This document shows, piece by piece, positions 19,505-38,003 of a stretch of 64,000 nucleotides of DNA. Origin of the DNA: the human T2T-CHM13v2.0 reference genome, Homo sapiens; the NCBI RefSeq assembly GCF_009914755.1, contig NC_060929.1; one strand, 5' to 3'. The notes under the pieces are model-generated. The model saw only the letters and a program-made list of their open reading frames with translations, ran no database searches and was not told the DNA's origin. Position 1 is the stretch's first letter. The number at the start of each line of letters is the position of its first letter. The translations under genes were made by a program, and so were the position numbers.

Positions 19505-20032
19505 AGTGGTACAGAGGAGGCAAAATACATTTTTCTTGCGCGTCCTATGTTGGTGGCTGAGACCCCTAAGACAAAAGACAAATTAACAAGAGCAAAACAT
19601 ACAAGTTTCTTTAATACAAGTTTTACATGACACAGCAGCCTACATAAGGAAATGAAGTCCCAAAGAAACAGTTAAAGTTGTGTATTTTTATGCTAAATTT
19701 GATGAAGTCACAGAGAAATATAAATGGACAAAGAGGATATGATCTAATAGTAATACACTGGGGGCAACTTAGCAAGGCCTGTTTGTTCAAGAGTTTTCTC
19801 TGTGACTGTGTGTCTTCAGCAATAAAGATGTTACTTTCCTCCAGGTATAGGGAGTGCAAATCTCACATGAGAATCTTACGACCTGCTTCAGGGGACGTTA
19901 GGAAATTCTTCCTAGGTTTTACAACCTGCTTCGTGGGAGATGTGTGGAAAAGTCCTTCCTGTTTCTGCTGTTTTCTCAAATGATGAGGTGCCATATTTTG
20001 GCAGTGAGTGTGTGTGTCCTGAACTATATCAG
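19505..20032 (-). mobile_element. ERV1-class solo LTR (MER31/MER67-like)
   Basis: Motifs ggctgagacccctaagacaaaagacaaattaacaagag and acttagcaaggcctgtttgttca recall this LTR group; family assignment from memory. Confidence 0.5.
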
Positions 20033-20448
20033 TACGTGTTAGGAGGGAACAAAATTAGATGTGTTGTACCCAATCTGCCTTCTTTTCTTCTTTACTGTAT
20101 GCTTTGAAGGCTGCAAAATTTCCTCTAAATATTCCCTTTACCTAAATCTTTTCTAAAAAGTTTCTAGTCTTTTAAAAAATGTTTAGCTTAATTACATTGT
20201 CAAAGAATATGGTCTTGTGTGATACCAATTGCTTGAAATGTGTTGAGGCTACTTTACAGACTAGTATGAGATCATTTCTTAAGTAAATATATGCTTTTCC
20301 ATGTGTTTTCTTCAGTTTTGGGGTGGAGTAGTCTACATGTCTATTCATTAACATAAAACTAATTTTGCTTTTCAAATATTTCATATCTATAGTGACCTTT
20401 TTGTCAGCTTTTCTATTAGTTACTGAGAAGGTAGGTTAAAAACTCTGA

Positions 20449-20970
20449 GGCCAGGGTGGTGGCTGACGCCTATAATCCCAGCATTTTGGGAGGCCAAGGC
20501 AGGAGCGTTGCTTGAGCCCAGAAGTTTGAGACCAGCTTGGGCAACAGAGTAAGATCCCATCTGTACAAAAAAGAAAGAAAACAAAATTAAAAATGGGTTC
20601 TGCCCATGTTTGCTTTATGTATTTTGTATCTTATGTTATTAAATACATAAAAGTTTAAAATATTTTATTTGCTGGTAAATTAATGCCTTTTTTTTTTTTT
20701 TAAGACACTCTCTTGCTCTTGTCACCCAGGCTGGAGTGAGGTGGCGCAATATCGGCTCACTGCAACCTCTGCCTCTCAGGTTCAAGTGATTTTCTTGTCT
20801 CAGCCTCCCGAGTAGCTGGGACTACAGGTGCCCGCCACCACGCCTGGCTAATTTTTTTTGTATTTTTAGTAGAGACAGGGTTTCACCATGTTAGCCAGGC
20901 TGGTCTTGAATTCCTGACCTCAGGTGATTCACCCACCCGCCTCCCAAAGTGCTGAGATTGCAGGCCTGGC
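20449..20970. mobile_element. FLAM (+, ~20449-20580) and antisense Alu (~20689-20970) abutting the promoter
   Basis: Alu motifs. Confidence 0.88.
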
Positions 20971-21155
20971 CAGAGAGACGACTTTAGCCGGGGTAAGGGG
21001 CCGCCTGGGAACCCCGCGTCCCGCCTGGACACACCGATGACCTGCAGAGGCCACACCGTGGGCCACCTCAGCTGGCCACTGGCACAGCCTTGCCCTCTGG
21101 GGCCCCGTTCTCGCACACGCCGACGGCCTGGCCGCACTGCAGCCCCGCAGCCTTG

Positions 21156-21168
21156 TGGGAAATGTAGT
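21156..21168 (-). promoter_or_regulatory. ZNF143/THAP11-type promoter motif ACTACAnnTCCCA
   Basis: TGGGAAATGTAGT on + equals ACTACATTTCCCA on -, a motif common at KRAB-ZNF promoters. Confidence 0.8.
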
Positions 21169-21240
21169 CTGGCGCTCCGGGCTGTAAGCGCCGGTCGCGG
21201 CTGTGTCGGTCGCCGCTGCTCCCGCTCCTGCTGGGAGAGG
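21165..21240 (+). other. ZFP2: ZFP2 non-coding exon 1 (start approximate)
   Basis: Strong donor AGG|GTGAGT at 21241 inside the CpG island, just after the ZNF143 motif. Confidence 0.75.
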
Positions 21241-23263
21241 GTGAGTGCGGGGCCGGTGGCGGGGGCGCGCGCCATCCGTGAGTCTTGTAGGCCCCCGCAG
21301 GAGGAGCTCCGGATTGCGGGGCGAGGCCCCAGCTTCCTGAGGGTTGAGGGGCGGGCCCGCAGCAGATGGGCCGGGGGTGCGGCCTCACTGCGCCTGTGGA
21401 GCGCCGGGCCTCCGGCTCCAGGTGCGCTCCCTCTTCCCCAGGAGCTGGCGGCGGGAGCACGCTGGCAGCTGAGTGTCCTTCGGCGCTGTCCTGGGCAGGC
21501 GCCGAGGTGGAATCACAGCCCCGGAGCAGCGGGGATGGGGGCTCGAACAAGGGCCACGCCGGCCACCACGGGTCAGGGAGGGGCCCAAGGTTCCAAGAGT
21601 CGCTCGGACCCGGGTTCCTCCCTGGCTTTCCCCAGCCGCGCGCAGCTTTGTCCCGGGACACGCTGCGACCGTGGAGCGAACCTAACCCGCGGACATCCCG
21701 GGGATTCTGGGCCAGAGGCTGGGTCTCCCTGTGCAGCATCTGCCCTTTGTGTAAACCGGGTCTCCGGACCCGCCCTCTGGATCTCATTCCGAGAGCGCTG
21801 GCGTGGGCTCCCCTCCCATCTCACAATAAGAATGGGGAGGCCAACCTGGTGCAGGTTTCGACCTCGGGGAATCTTTTCTTTTTTTCCTTAAGCGATTTCA
21901 CTGTAGCACAACTGGAAAATTGAGATTAAAACAATCATTCAAAATCTATCTCCATCTGCATGGCAGCGTGGATATGTGTATAAGCATAGAAACACTTTGT
22001 ACTTTGTTTTTAAACAGAAATATGAATATTAGCAGCTTTTTCTCCATCTATCTTTTAAAACTGAGTCATGAGATGCATTTGGTAAGGGGTTTGAAGTGCA
22101 CAAATCTTAAGCCTTGTAATTTTTTACTGGCCTAAACACCCAATGAAGATAGAGAATACATCTGAAAAAAACATTGGAATATGTTGACACCATCTACTTA
22201 TACCAGATTTTAAATAGAGCTACGTCATTTTAATGAGTGTGAGGGAAAGTATGGATGTGTCGTATTGAATCCTCTCCTTAGGTTTTTGTGTTAGGGTTTT
22301 CTTTTTTCTTTTTTTTTTTCAGTATTATAAACAGTATAGGCCATCTGGCTACATACATCTTTGCATTTTGTCTTATTCTATAAATCTCTTAAAGTGAAAT
22401 TTCTAGGTCCAGGGTACAGTAAGGATTTTGATACCTCCTGTCTTATTCCCTCCAGAAAAGTTGCAGTTTATATAAACACTTGCAGTGTAAGAGTGCCAGA
22501 TTTACCCACACCAACTGTGAATGTTAGTATTCTCTTGAACTTCTGAGAGGTGCAAAAGATAGGATTGTTTACATTTGCATTTTGAACACTAATGAATATT
22601 TTCACGCAGTTTGCATTTTGTATTTTAATTTTGTATCTGATACATAAGCATGTTTCCTGACTGTGCAGAAACGTCACAGGTTCTTATGGTCACACATGAA
22701 AACCTTTTCTTCACGTTTGGGTGTTTGACATCACTGGCAGAGAAGCTGTCTGTCCCACGAGATTACAAAAATGTTTGTAGTTTCTCTTAGTACTTTCATT
22801 TTTTGTGTACATTTTTATTTTTTTCCAAATGGTAAGCCTTTGTTACAAGTTACTTAGTAATTTTTTCTTCGTTGATATGAAATGTCACTTATTTCATATC
22901 TTGAATGAAATATATATATACACACACATACATAAATACATGTGTATTTGAACCATTTAGGTTGGTAGAATTTTAATTTGTTCCATTGATGCTTTTCCCT
23001 GTTCGGCTATAACATCCATGATTGCGGAGAGTTTATCTGTTTTATTTACAGCTGTATCCACCCCTACCCCATGCAATGGTGCCTAGTATACAGTAGGTGG
23101 TCAACAATGTATCTGGTAAATAAGTCAGTAATATTGTGTTCCAATTCTTGTAGCTTTATGAATACTGGTGGGCAAGTTGTCTCTCATCAGTATTCTTTTT
23201 TAAAAAAGTCTTAGTTGTTGTAACACACAACTTAAATATTTTTTCCATAATTAGTGAACTTCT

Positions 23264-23551
23264 TTTTTTTTATTGAGACGGAGTCTTGCTCTGTCACCGA
23301 GGCTAGAGTGCAGTGGTGTGATCTCGACACTGCAACCTCTACCTCCCCGGTTCAAGTGATTCTCCTGCCTCAGACTCCTGAGTGGCTGGGATTACAGGCG
23401 CCCACCACCACTCTCTAATTTTTGTATTTTTGGTAGAGACAGGATTTTGCCATTTTGGCCAGGCTGGTCTCGAACTCCTGGCCTCAAGTGGTCCACCCAC
23501 CTTGGCCTCCCAAAGTGCTGGGATTACAGGCGTGAGCCACCGCGCATGGCC
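23264..23551 (-). mobile_element. Alu
   Basis: Antisense Alu body. Confidence 0.9.
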
Positions 23552-23844
23552 CATATTAACTGTAAAATATTGTTACTTAGGCATAACTTGGCTGGGAATG
23601 TGTTAAGTTTATGAATTAAAGAAATGACATCCTGGTATATTGAGACATATTGTGCAAGAATATGTCATGTCTCTCTGTCTTTCGTCTTTGTATAGCTAAA
23701 TAGGCATAATGAAGTGAACTTAATACATGAAAATCATTTTCTTTATGTAGCTACTATCCAGGTCTTATTTAGTTTATTTATAGGTATTTTCATTGTTGCT
23801 GTTGCAGGAGTCTTGTTTCTCATGGCTTCTTTCCCTTCCCTCAG

Positions 23845-23941
23845 CTCTGCCTCCTTTGGCTTCTGTCCCTCCCCAAGGAAGAACCCCACAGGAAGGAAGG
23901 AGAAGGCAATGGCTGCTTGGCCTCTGCCATTGGGAGCTCGG
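23845..23941 (+). other. ZFP2: Putative ZFP2 initiator exon (ATG 23909, encodes MAAWPLPLGAR, phase 0)
   Basis: Acceptor ttcccttccctcag (AG 23843-23844); strong Kozak gcaATGG; 33 coding nt; donor CGG|GTGAGC at 23942. Typical pre-KRAB exon. Confidence 0.65.
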
Positions 23942-25556
23942 GTGAGCTCATTTTTCCCTCTCAAACCTCCCCCTTCCTCCTGTACTGCATGTGGGCCTCA
24001 CTGCTCAGGACAGGGTTATTGAAATAGCAGAATGCTGGATATTTTTCACAAAGCCCCCTCTGTGTTCCTGACCTCTGTTCCTAGCTGCCACTTACTCAGC
24101 TGGATACCCTGGCCTGCTGTGTTCTTGGTGCTGTTCAAGGGTCAGAAAGGGAAAAAAGTTATATGCAAGCTGGTGCTGGTGCTTATAGGGCTTATGGGCT
24201 CTCAGGGATCATAAAAGAGGGCACATCTGCATGGTATACAGTCATAATTGCACCTGAATATGGTAATAAGAACAAGTGTGGTTAGGGACCCAGTTTATCC
24301 GTATTCCAAGCTGGAGTGAAGGGGAGGATCAGGGTGGTGGCCAGGAGAAGTAGGTAGTGTTTGCCCATCTCAGGGGTTGGGAAGGGATAACTGGAGAGGA
24401 TTTGTTATAAGGGAGTCAGTGTGTCCAGAGTTTAAATCCCAGCTCTACCATTTAATAGCTACATTGTCTTGGCAAGAGGCTTGGCTTTCCTGAAACATTA
24501 TTTTCTCATGGTCATAATAGGAATTACAGCATTACCTGTCTGCCATATAGGTGACATGAAGAACGTCACCTGGCTGATTTCATTTAATAGTAATAGCTAC
24601 TTCATAGGTCTGTTGAAAGTTCAAATAAAATAATAAAAGTAAAAAATGCCTGGCATGGCTCCTGGAATGTTGAAGTTATTCAGTAAGTTGTAGGCATTCT
24701 TAGTATCATCCCAGCCAAGAGCCTGTGTATAGACTTTTAGAGGTGGACTGAAGGGGGCAGTGACTGATAGTGAGAAATGCTCTGCTGGAGTAGAAGAAAT
24801 CGGATAAAAATTTTAGGACCAAGTGTCGGGAAGGAGGAGTTTGTGTGTTTGGCAGGGTGGTGGCCATGGGGGTGGAGGTCAGTCTGAGGAATTTTGATAA
24901 GGGAGTTCGCACAATCAAAACTTTCCTAGGAAAAAGTAGTGTCCGTGAGATGGAGGGAAGCATGGAGCTGGGATAGTAGGTGAGGATTCCAGGCTTCTCT
25001 GAAAAAGAAAATAAGGCATCAGAAGACTTGGCCCTAACTTCTTTTTTTTTTTTAAGGTTAAACTTACTTAGCCTTGTTGTCTGGAATACTGAAGACTTAA
25101 CGGCATTTTCTCTTCTCATAAAAGTATGTATTAGGGGTCGTTGATTTATTAGGATCACTTGTTTATTTATTAGAGACCAGTTTAAAGAAAGCTTCGTGGA
25201 GGCAAGTATAAACTGTTGTGATTTCCATTTGTACTGCTTTCTTCAGTATTATCAAACTCAGTTATAAAAGGCAAAATAACTTTTAAAATGGGGGTATTGG
25301 ACAAAGGGAGTTTCTGGAAGAGGGAAATGTTGAAAGGGGAAGCATTAAGAAGATTTTGGTTGATGACTGTTGTGGTTTGGTTGTCAGTAACCTACATTTT
25401 AATTTATGTAGCCAAAATAGTGTTAATTTTTAAATCAGCTTTTTCTGAGGCACAGTTTAATAAAATAACCCAATTTAAGCATAGAATTCATTGAGTTTTG
25501 ACAAATTTATGCACCAACATAGCCACCACCTCAGTCAAGGTACAGAACTTTTGCAT

Positions 25557-26128
25557 CACCCCAGCCAGCCAGTGTCCTCGTGCCACTTCTACTCCACGTC
25601 CCCCTCCCCAGCCAGACAGTGTCCTCGTGCTACTTCTACTCCACGTCCCCCACCCCAGCCAGCCAGTGTCCTCGTGCCACTTCTACTCCATGTCCCCCAC
25701 CCCAGCCAGCCAGTGTCCTCGTGCCACTTCTACTCCACGTCCCCCTCCCCAGCCAGACAGTGTCCTCGTGCCACTTCTACTCCACGTCCCCCACCCCAGC
25801 CAGCCAGTGTCCTCGTGCCACTTCTACTCCACGTCCCCCTCCCCAGCCAGACAGTGTCCTCGTGCCACTTCTACTCCACGTCCCCCACCCCAGCCAGACA
25901 GTGTCCTCGTGCCACTTCTACCCCACGTCCCCCACCCCAGCCAGACAGTGTCCTCGTGCCACTTCTACTCCACGTCCCCCACCCCAGCCAGACAGTGTCC
26001 TCGTGCCACTTCTACTCCACGTCCCCCATCCCAGCCAGACAGTGTCCTCGTGCCACTTCTACTCCACGTCCCCCACCCCAGCCAGACAGTGTCCTCGTGC
26101 CACTTCTACTCCACGTCCCCCACCCCAG
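25557..26128 (+). repeat. 47-bp minisatellite (VNTR), ~12 copies, inside an old antisense L1 3' end
   Basis: Near-identical units ccccagccag(a/c)cagtgtcctcgtgccacttctactccacgtccccc(a/t); period 47 (e.g. 25574 to 25621). Confidence 0.95.
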
Positions 26129-26579
26129 GAAGTCACTGGTTTGATTTCTGTCCCTACAGTATTGCCCTTTGTAGAACTTCATGTCAGTGAAATCAAACAG
26201 TATATATTATGCCTGGCTTTTTTTGCTCAACGTAATGTTTTTCAGGTCTTTACATGATATTGTGTGTAGTAATAGTTTGTTCCTTTTTGTCTTAAGTAGT
26301 ACACAGTTGAATATACCACCTTTTGTTCATTCACTTGTGACAGACATTTCAAGTTGTTTCCTGTTTTTAGCTATTATGAATAAAACTGCTCTGTACATTC
26401 ATGTATGAGTCTTTTTGTGGATATATACTTTAATTTCTCTTGGGTAAATACCTAGGTCAAGTGTACATTTGACTTTGTAACAAACAGCTAAACTGTTTTC
26501 CAAAGTATATGTACCATTGTACATTCCCTCCTGCAGTATTTGAGAATTCCAGTCGCTCTACATGCTCTTCCATACTTGG

Positions 26580-26990
26580 TGTATCCATTTCCAAGAGCTG
26601 CTGTAATAAAGTGCCACAAATTGAGTGGCTCGAAACAATAGAAATTTATTGTCTCACAGTTTTGGAGGCCAGAAGTCTGAAATGAAGGCATTTGCAGGGC
26701 CTTGCTCTCTGAAACTGGTGGGGGAATCCTTCCTTTACTCTTCCTAGCTTCTAGCTTCTGGTGGTTTGCTGGCACTCTTTGGTGTTCCTTGGTTCATGGC
26801 TGCATCGCTCTAATCCTTACCTCCTTTGTCATCTGATGTTATCCTTATGTGTTCATGTCTTCAAATAGCCGTTTTTCTTATAAGGATACCAGTCATATTT
26901 GAGACAACCTGTTTTCAGATGAGGTCCTATTGCAAGGTACTAGAAGCTGGGACTTCAACATACCTTTTTTGGGGGACACAGTTCATAACA
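26580..26990. mobile_element. MLT1-family MaLR solo LTR
   Basis: gctgctgtaataaagtgccacaaatt...gaaatttattgtctcacagttttggaggccagaagtctgaaat...ggggacacagttcataaca. Confidence 0.75.
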
Positions 26991-27104
26991 CTAGGTATTA
27001 TAAGCTTTTTAAATTTTAGTTATTTTCAAGGGTGGAAAATGCATCTTGTGGTTTTTTGGTTTGTTTTTTTTTTAACTTTTATTATGAAATAATTTCAGAC
27101 TTTA

Positions 27105-32202
<5,098 letters not shown>

Positions 32203-33436
32203 TGAACTATACAAGTTCCTGCCACCCATCCTTCCAGTAAAGTTTTCTGAGGACATACTTTTTAAATGGAAAAATAACAGGAGGATCCTCTAACTGAAAC
32301 CAGGTAGGACCAGAGTCAGCTCCTCAAGCCCCTGAGGCAGTCTGGCCAAAGCTGGCCTTATGGAGCGAGCGTGTGGAGAAGTCTGGGGAACTGGACCCTC
32401 TTGTGAGGAAAGGGCTGAACAAGCTCATGTTCTCTTTAGTGAAAGTGGTCCAAATTCAGACCCAAAAGCCTCCATTATGGCATTCCCTGGCACTCTTCCT
32501 ATACTTTATACATTGAAGGCAGCTCCCTCTTTTATGGCCAGTATAAGCAGGCAAAGAAACAAAGGAATATAGATACATATATGTGTACACATATATATTT
32601 GATATAGTTAAAATATATACATATTTTATATATGTATATATACATATTTGGGGGTAGGGAAAGGAGAGGAGGGTCCTGTAAACCTAAACAGTCATCACAT
32701 TACCCCACATGAGCCTGACTTTAACAAAAAGTTGACTCCTGGGGGTTAAGTGACAACATGGGTGCAGCAAGAAGGGAAAGGGCACAAATTTAACTATTAA
32801 ATATACTTTGATATTTGTTTGGCACAATTCAGGCCCACTCCAGGCTTCTGCCTTTGCCAGACAAGTAAGCTCATGATATTCAAAGAGATAAATAAATAAA
32901 TAAATAAATAACAATTCAAGCAGAGCTGCATACCACAGTTTTCCTTAAAGTCAGTTGGCCGGCACACAGTTTCCCAACCACCAGGAACAGAAACTTTGGC
33001 TCCAAGGCAAACGAAACAAACAAAAAAAATTATTTCCACTTACAACATGAAAATACAGAAACTTCATCAAAGAAAGAAAACTATCAAAGAAGTCTACTTC
33101 CAGCAAAACTGAGGTAGCACTGCTTTCTCTGCATTCAATGCTTAAGTGGTTCTCAGTACAACGTGTTCTTAAAAAATGCTCACTTGACTGACAGGTGCAG
33201 CATGTTGATGGATAAACTCAACATGAAATGCAATAGGTCAAAGAAGGAATGAGCAAGAAGTGAGGGAAATCAGAGTTCTGGATAAATTAGCTTAAAAGGG
33301 GGTTGTCACCAGACTACAAATGCTCTTGGCTGGCCTTGGCTCTCCAAGAGCTCTAAATCGCCTGGAAATTAATGCAGTGTGATTAAGTTAACACTCCTAT
33401 TCAAATCTGTGTAAATCTTTAAAAATAATTATTACT

Positions 33437-33730
<294 letters not shown>

Positions 33731-34102
33731 TTATTACAACCTAATTTCAACCATGTAAATAGCGCTACACACAGTACAGACCTGCCCTTAGAAACAATAT
33801 GCAAAACAGATCTGGCACTGTATCATTTTATAATGTGAATTCACCCTAACCATCCCATCCCCCCCTCCCTGCTCTATGCCTTCCCCTACCAAAAAAAAAA
33901 AAAAAAAACCTAATTTGTGCAAGAAATGGCAGGCTTATTCTATCTGAAGGCTACAAAAAAAAGATAACATGTAGCCAGGTTCAAATATTTTGGGAGATTC
34001 CCCCAAAACAAGAAATAACCAAAATAACCAAAAAATGAAGAAAGTGCCTAAAACATGGTACAGCATTTTAGAGCCCTTTCAGATACAAAGCAGAGAAAGC
34101 TA

Positions 34103-34863
34103 TGTTGGGAGAAAAGCTGAGTGTTGGGAAAAAAAGCTGAGGCAGGGCTTGCATGTCTGACATAGTGTAAAAGAGTCTTGGAACGTGTCTGGGGTCTGGG
34201 GTCTAAAACCCCTCGTGGCCTTTGGAATACCAAGTTTAGTGCTAAAGGGTGGAAGGCTGCCCTGCCGCACCGTTATCTAAGCCCAGGGCGTAAAACCCCT
34301 CGTGGCCTGGATGGAATCCAGGGCTCAGGGCGTAAAACCCCTCGTGGCCTGGATGGAATCCAGGGCTCAGGGCGTAAAACCCCTCGTGGCCTGGATGGAA
34401 TCCAGGGCTCAGGGCGTAAAACCCCTCGTGGCCTGGATGGAATCCAGGGCTCAGGGCGTAAAACCCCTCGTGGCCTCTGGAATGTGTCTACACTTGCTGG
34501 CTCCTTGCTTCTAGCACTCCCAGGCTCATAGTTCGATTGTATCGTAAACTAGAAGAACGTGTTTCCCATTATCTCAAGCAGCAGAACATGTTCCATATGC
34601 TTCAAAGAAAATGGTAAACCATCTCAGCTGTAGATCATTGCTTGATAAATGGTTTTCTTTCAACCCCCACATCCTCACCACCTGCTGCTTTGTTTGATCA
34701 CCAGTAAATAGTGCTTGCTTCCAGAGCTTGGGGCCTTTGCAGCCTCCATACTAGCATTGGCCCCCTGGTCCCACTTTCACTCTTGACTTCTCTTTGCTCA
34801 TTCCTTTGACTCTGCTGGACTTGTAGCCCCCACGGCCTGGTGTTGAGTCTGATCACCCCAACA
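34103..34863 (+). mobile_element. ERVK-class solo LTR (LTR14C/HERV-K14C-like)
   Basis: TG...CA termini (tgttgggagaaaagctgag ... gatcaccccaaca); imperfect 6-bp TSD aagcta/aaggtg. Family name from memory. Confidence 0.7.
34284..34475 (+). repeat. 42-bp tandem repeat, ~4.6 identical copies, inside the LTR
   Basis: cagggcgtaaaacccctcgtggcctggatggaatccagggct starting at 34284, 34326, 34368, 34410 and 34452 (partial). Confidence 0.95.
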
Positions 34864-36595
34864 AAGGTGTGAAGTAGAAACTATCCTGATCTTCAGTAAT
34901 TTCCCAAAAGGTCCAATTCCTCAGTTGGCTGCAGGGCAGCGGGCAGATCCTTGCTGCTGCTCCTGGGACAGAGCCACTAAGTCTGCTCCTCAGGACACAA
35001 GCCCTCGGGCCTTGAGCTGAGTGCACCTCTCCCTTCCTCTTCTCTTTTCCTTCGCTTCATTTCCCACTCCACAAAGGTGTCGAAGAGATTTGGCCAGGCC
35101 TCATCTTCACTGTGGTTGCTGAGGTCAGGGCCAATCACCTGAGTGAAGTTAAGGAACATGTTCCAAGAGTCCCGGGAGATGCCCTTGATCCTCAAGGGGT
35201 TCTCTGTTAGGAAGTTCAGCCATTGGTCCAATACTGGAGAATTGTTCTGGGTAGAGACTAGTTTCCATAGGGTGATGGCTATTTGCCGATGCAGTGACCA
35301 CTGCCCTTCTTCAGAGTCCAGGCCAAACTGAAATGTAAACTGGTAGAGATCCTTGAATTTATTCTCCTGTTTGGCTTCTGTTAAGAGGCTGGAGAACCGT
35401 GCACAGATTCTGTCACTGCTGTCTGCATTTAATGCTTTGCAGCCATCAAAAATCTTTCTGGTGAATTTGCACATGGTTGCAGCCTGGAACTTCCAAGCCA
35501 AGAGCAGCACTCGGAATTCTGTGGGGTCGACACATAGGTCATTGCAAAAGTGCTCCATGCCTTCCTCCAAAATTGCATCTTCCCACTCATCCTTGTAGCA
35601 CCTGAACAGTTCTTCCAACCCCTGCAAGGAAGACTCCTCGGCACTGGAGTTGGACTCCCTCCCACCATCTCCTGAGGATGTTGGCAGCTGGCAGCCTCGG
35701 CCTTCTTGGTCCCATTGACAAGGCTATCTCTACTTGGCATGCCACAGGGTGGTACTTGCTCCTCACAGTGGCCTGCACCCTGCCTGCTGTGTGACTTCTT
35801 GCTGGGGTCATGGTCTGCATTCTTGCTGCCCAGGGTCAATGAGGGATTCTTACACTTGGTGACACACTGGCCCATGGTACTGGTGTCCCGGCCTCTAGAA
35901 TGGCCCCCTCTGGATCAGTTGCCCTCACTGCCGCTGGCCCATGCACCTCAACATGTCATCAGTCAGAGGAGCTAGCCAACAGCTGCTCCAGAGGTTCCTC
36001 CAGTCAAACCCTTTCTGGAAACGATGGCAGCATGGCGGGTCCAACCCTCCTACCATCCCCGCTGGGGTTTCCAGGCTCCCTACCCCTGCCGCCACCACCC
36101 CTTCTTCCACCACTGCCACCGCCTCCTTCATCTGCCAAGGGAAGTGAACCACTGGGTTCATTTTTAGGGACTGAACCTTTTTATAGGGAAAAAAGGTTCC
36201 TTTTAATAGGGAAAGCGAACCATTGGTGTTTGTCACTATATGTGTGTTAAGTATTTTTCTGGTTATTATGCGGTCTTATTTCCTTTATTCTCCTTTCTTT
36301 ACGTTTGTTGAACATCTGATGATTTTCTTAGTTCCCTTTCTCCTTGGTTAAAATGGAAATTCTGCACTTTTCCTGAAAATATTTGTCAGTGATTTTTAAT
36401 ATATTTTTGTAACTTTGAAATATTGATTAAATAAAAATTAGGGAGAAAATGATGTAGAAAGAAAGGTAGACAATGAACTCTGTGCCTGAGTGTTGACACT
36501 TTTTCTGGAGTTCCTAGTCTTGGATGTGAAGTACACAAATTTCTTGGAAATTGATTTTGCCCTCTGTCTCGTATTCAGTCCTTCTTTCTCCACTA

Positions 36596-36974
36596 CGGTT
36601 GACCCTTAAATAACACAAATTTGAACTACACAGGCCCACTTTGATGTGGATTTTTTCCAATAAAAATTACACTGAGTGTGCCTGCCTTTCCTGCCACCTG
36701 CTCTACCTTCGCCACCCCTGAAACAGCAAGACCAACCTCTCCTCTCCTTCCTCCTCCTCTGCCGTCTGTATGTGAAGACAAGGAGAAAGACTTTTATGAT
36801 GATCCACTTCCATTTAATGAGTATATGTGAAATAACTGTTATGTTATTAGTAAGGCTTCCAGTCAACACTAGGCTATTAGGAGTTAAGTTTTGGGGGAGT
36901 CAAAAGTTACACATGGATTTTAGACTGTGAGGGAGGTTGGTGTCCCTAACCCCCATGTATTCAAGGGTCAGTTG
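36596..36974. mobile_element. Tigger2a-like non-autonomous DNA transposon
   Basis: Terminal inverted repeats cggttgacccttaaata...tattcaagggtcagttg with TA target duplications at 36594-36595 and 36975-36976. Confidence 0.8.
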
Positions 36975-37123
36975 TACTTTCTCCCTTTTCCTTATTTACA
37001 TATCAAAATGCTCTCTGTCCTTAAATGATGAAAACCTTTTCTATTGCTTTATTTCTATTATCTATTCTTATTTCCATAGTCTTACTCTCATTTTCTTTAC
37101 AAAAAGTTTTAAGTAATTTATCT

Positions 37124-37501
<378 letters not shown>

Positions 37502-37853
37502 TCAAGTGTCCTGTGTTTGGTCATCATGTACCATTTGGGGCAGGGATTCCTTCCTTCACCAATGAGGTGAATAGGAGGTGATCACAACACCACTCCTTCC
37601 TCTCCCATGGGAATCTAGAGCCGCCTTTAGTGCCTTTCCTTATTTCTCACTTATACCTACTCTTCCTGTCCTTACCTCCCAAAACACTTTTTATATTATG
37701 TCTCTGGTTATTTCGTGATTGGTGGCAGACATTTTCTTCCATCTGGAGGGCAGCATGTTTTCTCAGGCAGATCTTTGTCCTTTCAGTGCTGCTGGGATTT
37801 TCACTCCCCTCAGAGGGTTTGGTTGGCATAATCCCTTATTGAGGAATTTTTAG

Positions 37854-38003
<150 letters not shown>

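Larger units (their letters stand above)
20975..21870 (+). promoter_or_regulatory. ZFP2: CpG island / ZFP2 promoter
   Basis: Dense CpGs and high GC; GC boxes (ggggcgggcc); contains the first splice donor. Confidence 0.9.

Noticed and set aside
20883-21923. 284-aa and 239-aa ORFs
   Set aside because: Stop-poor CpG-island sequence with Arg/Gly/Pro/Ala-rich translations that cross a splice donor.
25491-26257. Three >200-aa repetitive ORFs; superficially CRISPR-like array
   Set aside because: A head-to-tail 47-bp minisatellite with no unique spacers, in primate DNA; the ORFs arise because the unit lacks stops.
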